This document shows positions 12,401 through 22,400 of a DNA stretch of 64,000 nt, one piece after another. The position numbers were made by a program, and so were the translations under genes. The DNA comes from Podarcis filfolensis (lineage: Eukaryota). The notes under the pieces were generated by a model. It searched no databases, was not told where the DNA came from, and was given only the letters and a program-made list of their open reading frames with translations. Positions within the stretch are counted from its first letter, which is position 1, and the number at the start of each line of letters is the position of its first letter. The DNA lies in assembly GCA_964270895.1 (NCBI GenBank), contig OZ185447.1; one strand, written 5' to 3'.

Positions 12401-14437
12401 CACTGACTGCCTTGAGTGCGGAGGTAAGGGCAGAAATCCACACTCCACAGTCCGCGTCAAGACGGAACCCGGGTTCTGCATGCCGAAGGCCCTTTGCAAA
12501 GCAAATAAGACTGATGAAAGGACCCTCCTTTAAAAAAAATTTAAAAAGACATTTAAACATATCAGTGTAGTATAGTATCAAAATATTTTCTTTCACTTGA
12601 AGAATATGTAGCTGCATTGTTTTATACTTTCTGGGTGTCCTATGCTCATATTATGAAGTAGAATCATAGAATTGTAGGATCATCATTCTAGTCCAACCCC
12701 CCTGCAATGCAGGAATGTTTTTGCCCAATGTGGGGCTCGAACCCAGGACCTTGCGATTAAGAGTCTAATGCTCTACCGACTGAGCTATTCCATCTTAAGT
12801 CAGAAATCAAGCACTGCTGCAAGTTGTTTCCTTTTGCTTTCCAGTGTATTTTTTGTCAACAAAAAAAATCTGTATGGCACGAGCAAATATATATTCTCAA
12901 AGTGTGGACCGGGGGGGGGGGGAAGAGAGCCACTGAATTAGAATCCCCTGGCCCCACCATTTCCTCTTTCTCCACATCCATCACTTTCCAAACTGCAGAC
13001 ATCCCACTTCTTTTTTTTCTTTTAAGTGGATTTGTTGTGCTAGGGCAAAGGAGTGCTTCGATCTACTTTCTTTCCACAAACCAAAAGTTTGAGGCTGTGT
13101 TTGTGTCCCTCCTGCAAAATAGTGGTAGTCCAAAGGCCCCCTAGAGCAGGCCCCAGTGTTAGGTGCAATGGATTTGGGCCTCGTTTCCCTATAAGGAGTG
13201 GTCTGTGGGGTTGAAGTGCTCATTGATTGCTCATTCTCTGCTTCTGCTTCTGAACAGAGCCATGCCCTGTGCAAAAACTCACCCAAAGGGACCAGACCAA
13301 CCATTCTGTAACTCTTCACTGGCAAATCTCCAACGACTGCTGCTACAAGGCGCACAGAGGCAGCGCTACGACAGTCCCTAAAGCCAGCATCAGTAACTGC
13401 ACAGCCAACATCCCAAAACTGTCGCCTGGGCAGAACTACAACATGACAGTGTTCAGAAAACTGGATGGACGGTGCAGCAAAGAATCATCCATCACTGCCT
13501 TCACCTGTGAGTCTTGCCATTACCTTCTACTTGTGGGAAATTGCAGTCAGACACAGCAAGCAAGCTTAGGGCTAGTTAATGCATGAAGGGGTTAAAACCA
13601 CAGAATTGTACTCCTAGACTCAGCCAGGTCATGCCCCTTCAGCTCTTAGAAGAAAGTTAAGTTTCTTCCTTTGTTCGGTCTTTTTCACCATGTGAGATAG
13701 GAGGCACCTGAGCTTGCTTGCTATAAGTTCAGACAGCATGCTTAGAGCCATTTTGCTATATTTTGTATCCCAAGATTTCTGCCTGTGTTTACTTTTGCTG
13801 CTGCATGGGTAAATGCATGAACCTTTGGAACTTTGTAAGCAAAGCATTTTTAAACATACTAAGGTGCGAGGTCTGTTCAGTGCTAAGAGGGGTAGAAATG
13901 GGAAGCTCTGGTAGCAGACTAAACAGGATATTCAAAGGTTTAACAGCCTAAATCCCCATGCTACACTGCTGCTTGCTTTTGTGACTTTTTAAAACACTGC
14001 TGGGGGCTCTCTCTTGCTGGAGAGTGTGTTTAGCTCTGCGCTTTGTCTCTAGGGATCCAGCCAATTCTTTTATTAATTACCCCACACAGGTGATCTACCG
14101 TATATCTATTTTCCCCAACTCTGCGAGCAGCAGCTGAAACCAGGTCTTTGGACGGCAGGGAGGACAACCCCTGGCCCTCCATCCATTGTTGGACTATAGA
14201 TCCTATCATCCCTGCCTGTTGGCCATGCTGGCTGGGGCTGATGGGTGTTGGAGTCTTGATGGGCTATGGGTTTCCCCTCCCTTCTCTGCAAGGCACTGTA
14301 TGTTAGCCGAGGTGTGTGTGGCGATGTCTGGAGCATTGAGGAATAGAGAACAAGTTGTTATATTGTGTTCTGATAGTGTAGCCTGCTTAAATTTTCTCCT
14401 AACTAGCTTGGTTGTGTGCATGCTCATAATGATCCAT

Positions 14438-14477
<40 letters not shown>

Positions 14478-17400
14478 TTAGATATGCAGCATATTTCATT
14501 TTATTTAAGCTATGCCCTGCCTTCCCGTTCATCAGGATCCGCAGGGCAACTTAGCAGCGATATAAAAGCAAGCTTTTAGATGTAAATAAACGGCAGTCGG
14601 TATTTCAGCACAGCAGCAGTAAACCAGCAGAGTTGGTTAATTGAAGGTAAGTAGTTGAGCTCTCATCCCAAGCTTTACTCGCTACCTGAACTCCAGCAGC
14701 GGAAAGAACTGTGAGCCTCCTTCGGAACAAAGTCCCACAAACTAGTTAGGCACTGCTACTGGGGTGCCTCTGTTGTACATAGCCAGTGTCACATGACACA
14801 ACAAATAGCAGAGGCTTTGCTCAGATAGCCGCGGAATGATGCTACTGCCATTTCAGTAGCCAAGGGCAAGGAATTGGGAAACTGGAAGGTAGGGTGTGTG
14901 TGTGTGTGTGTGTGTAGTATCATGGAAAGGATGTGGCATGTGGGAGCCCTGAACAGGAGCTCTCCACACTGTGTCCTTTTCTTCCAGGACCCGCTTATGC
15001 CTGCTGCCTGTAGGTCTGCTCGTATCAAAGAGCCTAGAGGGTCCTTCTGTTTCTCCTGTCACAGGCCCTTCACCTGTCCCGTACATCAATATACAGAATC
15101 GCACGGTGGACGCACTGCAGATTGAATGGGCGCCGCCCAAGGACCCTCACGCCAGCCTCTATAGATACAAGGTCTGCTTGCTGGGGTGCTGCAACACCTC
15201 CGGAAACTTGCTTTGGGTGCACAACCTGACAGCAGGCAAAACGTACAACGTTGAGGTCTTTGCCATTTTTGCCAACATCTCCAGCATCGGGAGCACCAAA
15301 CAGGCCACCACAGGTAGGCTGAGGCCAGGGGAGAAAGGGAAGCAGCAGCCAGGACCCTGAGAACTTTCCCCTGCCCCTAGTAGATTGAGTCACATAGAAA
15401 TCATTCCCAAACTCCCGTTTGAAATATCAGCACCACAGACCTCAGCTAGCATGCAGTGCCTTGTGGAGCAGGGAGGGGAAACCTGTAGCCCCTCAAGACT
15501 CCAACTCCCATCAGCACAAGCATATCATCCCATACCTTACAACATTTCTCCAATGAAAATAGGGGTGTCCTATTCCATTATTATTAGTAGTAGTATTAGT
15601 AGTAGTATTGATACCGCACCCATCTGACTGGGTTGCCTGAGCCACTCTGGGTGGTTTCCAACTTATATAAAAGCATAATTATTATTATTTTTTTAAAAAG
15701 CAACTTCCCTATGCAAGGGTGCCTTCAGGTGTCTTCTAAAGGTTGTATAGTTACTTATCTCCTTGGCTTGGGGGTCACATAACTCCATTGCCCTCCAACA
15801 CCTCTCCAGTGAAAACAGGGACGTCCTAAGAAAATGCAGGACATTCTGGGATCAAATCAGAAACTGGGACAGTTTCTGTTAATCCTGGAAAATGGGGATA
15901 CTTGGAGGGTCTGTCATCAGGACCAGCTTCAAGCCTGAGGGGCATTTGTGGGCCCCCAGCTCTCTAATTTACCACAGCAACGCTATGTCAGAGTCACAGT
16001 GGGAAATTAAAATGGCCGCCGTTCAAATTTCCCACCGCAGCAATAGGACGTTGCAGGAACTCTAGACGGCAGCTCCCAGACCCAGTCATTCAGTGGTCAA
16101 AGCACTAGTCAAAAGGGCAGGGATCAGGATTGGGCCCAGCCGGGGTGCCAGAGCCCTAGCAGCTACCTGAGGGTGCCCCCATTTTGAGACGAGGCGTGAG
16201 TATGGTGGGTTTTGGCTTGGAGGGATGTGCTGCTCGGATTAAGGACACTGGGCTTCCAACATCTGCAAGGCCAGCAGGGGTTGTTGTGGTGTGTTAAGTG
16301 AGTGTGCTCTTTCCCTCAGCTCCAAATGCTCCCGAGAATATAAGCGTGTCGCAGTGCGAGACCAACAGCATCCCTGTTTCCTGGGATCGGCCTAAAGACC
16401 CCAATGCCACACACTATTCGTACAGGGTGAGCTGGTGTGGCGGAAAAGGCGCAAACCTGTCAGGGAACAAATCGGTTGGAGTCGATTGCCTCAGCTACAA
16501 CATCACACAACTCCTGCCAGGGATCCTGTACTCAGTGAAGCTGGCCTCAGAGATTGGTGGGGTTAAGAGCAAAGAAGCCAGCAAATGGGCTCTGACATGT
16601 GAGTGCAACTGTCATGGTCCGGCGGGGGGGGGGGCGGTGGCGGTGGCAATGTGGTTTGGACTTTGGGCAGTGTGGTGTAGTGGTTGGATTCTTGGACTAG
16701 GGGTGGGGAGGGAGAACCAGGTTCAGATCTCCACTCAGCCATGAAACTTACTGGGAGATGTTGAGTTAGTCATGGTCACTCCACCTAGCTTTACCTTTCA
16801 GGCAAGGGTGGATCAGCTCAGTTGCTTAGAGCCTAGTGCTGATAAGGCCAAGGTTGCAGGTTTGATCCCTGTATGGGACAGCTGCATATTCCTGCATTGC
16901 AAGGGGTTGGACTAGATGACCCTCAGGGTCCCTTCCAACTCTACAGTTCTGTGATCTTCTATGAAACTAACGAAGCTTAAGCTTCAGGGCCCGTAATCCT
17001 AGAGGTGCCCCAGAAGCAACTTTAGTTCACAGTGCTTAAAACTTTTTGGGGTCTAGAACACCCAGTTTGAGTTGCATGACTCAATTTGATTAATTTTTTT
17101 GTTGAATATATTTCAACAATCCCAAAGATCGAGAGTCGGTAGCACAGATGTTGTGAAGGTGTGGCCATCTCTCGTGGAACAACCCCATTGAAGAGGATAA
17201 CAGTGGTTACCTAGATGTTGTTGCGAAGGGGCCCCCATGACAGTTCAGTCCGCCATGGCTTACAAGGTTGTTGTCAGTGCTTTTTTTCTTAAAATTTTTA
17301 AGAAATTCTACACTTAGTGTAGAAGCAGCTGGAGAAAAGAAGTCCCAGGTCCACAGAGAGGAGAGTGGCATTTTATGAGCACGCATTAAGGGAGAAGCTG

Positions 17401-18077
17401 TGTCTAGTCTTTGAAAGACACCTCTGTAAATGGGGGGCGTGGGGTGGCTGCTGTTGGGCAATGTCTTTATAAGGACCAACCCAAATGTCAGAAAATAGTG
17501 TAAGCTTCTGAGTTCAACAGGACTCTTCATCAGGCTGGATGATGCAGGGGTGGCATTACCTAACTGTGGGTGGGGGGCAGTTCTCCCCTCCTGTAGACTA
17601 ACACGACAACCTCTGCTTTCTTTGTGACTTGGCTCTCTTGACAAATCTTGCCTCCTCCTTTCAGGCCCTTTGCCCCCTACAGATTTCAGGGTCCGCAATA
17701 GCAGCCAGACAGAAATTGAATTATCCTGGAGGAAGCCGAGCTCAGCTTTCAGCAGCTTTCTGCTCCGGTGGAAGAACCAGAACGAGTCCAACGACAAAGA
17801 AATGCGTCTTGGCACTTCCACAGAGATGACATTGAGAGGTCTCACTCCAAGCTCCAACTACACCTTCACTTTGCTGAGCGTAGCAGAAGGAGAAAACAAG
17901 ACCGCGTACAGCGTTGGCGTTCTGCAAGAAGGGGCTACAAGTACTTACAGTTTTCTTCGGGGGGGGGGGAGCAGGAAATGGGGTGGTCCCATCCTCTCTC
18001 AAAAGGGAGGCTTGGCATGCAAGAAAGCATCGACTTTCATGGCAGGAGTTCCACAGGCAGCGGGGCTCAACGGGGAG

Positions 18078-18118
<41 letters not shown>

Positions 18119-19429
18119 GAAGTGATTCAGTGGCCTATGCTACAGATTAGTAGAGGGAAGGTCTAACCCAGCCACACACAGATGTTGAGCCTCACCGCCC
18201 CCTCCCCCCCATCCCTGATTGCTTGTTGCTGAATCAGGCTATTGGTCCATCTTACCCAATAATGGTGGCTGGTGCTCACTAGTGGGCAGAAGGCAGGGAG
18301 CCCAACACCAGGGGGTGCCAGAGAGGAGGTGGAGGGTTCGCTGAGGGGGACCAAACTAGGATTCATTGCCTCTACCTCTCACTGGCTCTCTGGCTTTCGC
18401 CTCTGCTTCTGCTTCTGGACCTGCTACTATTCCTCTGCATCCAACCAGTCCGTGACATACATTTCCTAGAGCAGTTTAGCAATCACTACTTCCATCCAGT
18501 GGTGTGAATGTCGCCTGATATCAGGCTTCGGGGAATAGGACCCCCAGGATCAAAAGAAAGAGCGCCTTACCAATTAGTTTCTTTAATAATCACACTGAGA
18601 GACAAAGGAATGCATATCTCTCTAAAAATATGGTCGTGCTCCCAGTAAGGATTCACTCCTTCCGTCCCCATTAATCAATGTCACTCATATGTCGGGTAAT
18701 CTGAGCTTGTTGCCAATGAGCTCTCTGTTCTATCACTCTCAAATCCCATCTAGTCTTAGGCGAAGGGGGGGGGGGCAGGAATGCTTTCCAAGGACACTGA
18801 ATCGGCCAGCTCTCTCTCTCTCCCGGTGTTTCCTCTTCTAGTTGTGCCTCACCCAGTGTTTCCCAGCTGTCCCCCTCTGGACCATGCCCCTCTGCAAACC
18901 ACTGTTCTAAATCTATGCTGTCCTCCTGCCCATGGGAAGGTTCAGGAGAAGGGCGTCTAGTCCCTGACACCTGAAGTGGAGGAAGCTAACAGGCACTGCC
19001 ATCCCCTAGACTGGTGGTAAACAGGTGATTCATTCCCTGACGCCCGGATCTGCTGCCCCTGTAGATCCTGCTGCCCAGGGTCAGCATAATAGTATCAACA
19101 ACAATCATCCTATATTTAAATGGGCACCTACTGAGAAGATCCATAAAAAAGCAACTGTACCAAAAAGAATTACTGTGAAAATATGAAATATTCAAGGGAG
19201 GCGGCTCACCAGCCTTTATTCTTGCCCGGGGCACCATATTATCAAAGTCTGCCCCTGCCAAGGTGGTTGCCTCATTTTGTCTCATGGGTGGCCTGCCCTG
19301 TCTTTGGCAGATGTGGCCAGGGAAACCTAGCCAGATGGGCGGGGTATAAAGAATAGAATTGGAAACTTCATCCATTTCCTATTGAGGTCCTATTGAAAAA
19401 AGGATGGGATTCACATGTTTGTGGGCATG

Positions 19430-19468
<39 letters not shown>

Positions 19469-22400
19469 CACAGTACTCTCTGCTTCCCACCTGCACAGAG
19501 CCAGACCATGTGAATAATTTGAAGTGTGATTCCTCCATGTGGGGCGACCGTCTGGTATTGTCCTGGACGTGCCCAGCCAGCAAGGTCAGTAAATTGCAGG
19601 TCTGCCTGTCAGACCAGCTTGTCCAGGAATGGACCATCTGCAAAGAGGAGACGGAGATTGACAACCTGCAACCCGCCTGGAGCTACTTGGTCCAAGTGCA
19701 GACGTTCTGGTATGAGCAGGAGGCAGCGTCCGCCCAGAAGATGTGCACCACCAGCAACGCAGGTGAGACACAACTGAGCAAGCCTTTCAGTGGCCGGGCT
19801 TTGTGTGAAGTGTGCTGTTTCAAAATGCTTCTCTTTCTGAATGACGGCACCCTTGGCGAACAAGTAACCAAACAATTAAACCCCTGTGTTGCAAACAATT
19901 ATCAGCAATATCCAAGGCAACACGATGACCAAGCAATGCAGCAATGCAATATCAACATAAACTCTTTATAAAATCTATACAGAACATTGAACAATATGAA
20001 ATATATGAAACTCTCTGCAAAACCAAATAAACAGAAATCTTATAAATCTCTGAAAGTCACAAAATGTGCACTCTTGGTGGTTTCTCTTGAAAACATAGAA
20101 CCATTGCATTGTTGTACTTGGTCATCGGTGTTGCCTTGGATATTACTGACCCTTGGCGAACAGGCACAGAGCAGCCTGGGGTGAGGGGTGCGGGCTGTTC
20201 TATGCAAAATGCATGAAAAGGCTTGGGAGGGCTCAAAGCCATCTTAAAAACAGGGACCAGCAGCTTGTCTAGTCTGGCATTGTCAGGGTTCCGGATGCTG
20301 TGGACTCCAGTTCACATCAGCCCCAGCAGTCACTACCAGCCACAGAAGCAATGATGCTCTGTTTCTGTGGCCAGAGGCAGCAATGCTCCTGAATCCCGGT
20401 TGCTTGAAAGCCCCACAGGAGGCGAGGCTGCTCTTGTGCTCGGATTCTGCCTGCAGGTCCCCACAGCCACCTGGCTGGCCCCTGTGAGAATGGGGCGCTG
20501 GACCAGATGGGCCAACAACATCAGTCCTACCAGCAGAGCCTTTTTCGGGTCTGTCCCATTGCCTGCGACTTGATCCTTTTAAAATAATACAGTGGTACCT
20601 CGGGTTAAGTAATTAATTCGTTCTGGAGGTCTGTTCTTAACCTGAAACTGTTCTTAACCTGAAGCACCACTTTAGCTAATGGGGCCTCCTGCTGCTGCCG
20701 CACGATTTCTGTTCTCATCCTGAGGTAAAGTTCTTAACCCGAGGTAATATTTCTGGGTTAGCGGAGTCTGTAACCTGAAGTGTATGTAACCCGAGGTACC
20801 ACTGTATTGGAGCCACCAGGGATTGAACCTGGGGAGTTCTGCATGCCAAGCAGGTGCTCAGCAGACCACTAAGCTGTGCTCCCTTCCTTTCCTGTGCACC
20901 TTCCTTCATTTATACTCTGCTTAGAATCATAGATTTTAAGAGTGAGAAGGGACCACGGGGTAACCGATTCCTGCACTGGTCACTTCCAACTTCCAACGCA
21001 GGGAGGACCACGAGTTTCCCATCCCCAACTTAGACATGCACACAGACTTAGTAGCAGCATTTTCTTTCTTTGTCTTTAGGGGTCATCCTTGAAACTCTGC
21101 TCCCTGTGCTGCTTTTCTCAGGCCTCCTCAGCCTGCTGCTCTTCTATTTCTGGAGGAAAAGGTGAGCAAGCTCAGTATCGCAGGCTTCTGCTGCACAGCA
21201 TTATTGACCCCAGCAGGGGGCGGGGGGGGGAGCATCAGGGCGCTGTAACCTGAATCCGGAGGCACAAAGGAAAAGAAAACAAGCTGCGTTTATCGGCTTG
21301 TATTTTCCCCTGACGCATTTCCTCTGCAGGGGTGGGGGGCAAAGGGCCCGGCAGTGCGCTGAAGTCTTCTGTCCAGCTACAAAAAGTCGTAAGAGAACAA
21401 GAACAGCCCTCCTGGATCCGGCCAGTGGTCCATCTAGTCCAGCATCCTGTTCCCACTGTAATGAACAAAAATCTGCCCTTATTTCCTTATGGGGGACACA
21501 AGAGCCCTTATAGAGTCCTTACGTGGGTTCCCTATTGGTAGGAGAAAATAACAGAGGCCAACCAAAGAATATTGAGAAGCAAAGCAGCTAGTTAGCCTGA
21601 TCTTTATTAAAGCTGTTGCAACAGGGTGCTCCCCTCACACGCAGGAGGACGGAGGAGGACCCAGAACAAAGGTGTGCCTGCCCTTATACAGACATTTTAA
21701 ATTCCCTGCCCTGGAGCTCAAGACCACCCCTCCATACATCATACCTACATCACAGAAGGGGTGTAACCCAAGACCACCCTCCACAAACATCATACCTATG
21801 GTACATCACAGAAAAGGTGGTCTACAACAGAAATTTGAATGTTGTGGTTTTTCCTGTCTGCCAGGTTATCTGATAATGCCTTATCTGATTGCCTTTCCTG
21901 GTAGTCTGGCCATTCCTTTGAGATGGTGATTTCCCAATTCCTGAGACAATGGGAAGGTTCCCTCACTCCCTCCCTCCTTGCAGAGAGAACATTTGGTCAG
22001 TTTGGGAGTCAAAATGGTTTCAGGACGGTCTTCCTGTGCTGCTCCAGACATGTGGTCAACATATCTATGTACGTGCTTGGTTGGTACATTCATGAACATT
22101 TATATCTATATATATATATATAGATATATATGAGACCTTAAATTTTTTTATTTCACCACAGTGGCCAACCAAATGCCTATGGGAAACCAATAACCAGGAC
22201 CCAAGCACCAGAGCCCTCTCCCCTCCTGGTATTCAGAAGTCTCCAACTGTGGAGGCAAAGCGTAGCCATCATGTATATAGGAACCATGTTAGCCATGACC
22301 TCCAAGAGTTAGTCCAATCCTCTTTTAAAGTTAACCATTTTGGTGGTCATCACTTCCTCCTGTGGCAGGGAGTTCCATAGTCTGACTGTGCCCTGCATGA

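Noticed and set aside
12715-12791. tRNA-Lys, tRNA-Ile and tRNA-Ala-like sequences (also 3060, 8309, 16807, 23724, 31688, 40690) as tRNA genes
   Set aside because: Acceptor stems are broken or missing and each is fused to a LINE-like tail or SINE body; they are SINE heads.
14988-15009. Strong-looking acceptor at 14987 and possible 22-nt mini-exon
   Set aside because: Splicing from exon 5 creates T|GA, an immediate stop; no support beyond the motif.
17207-17857. 216-aa minus-strand ORF
   Set aside because: Partly the antisense shadow of the FN3-4 exon; no recognisable domain.
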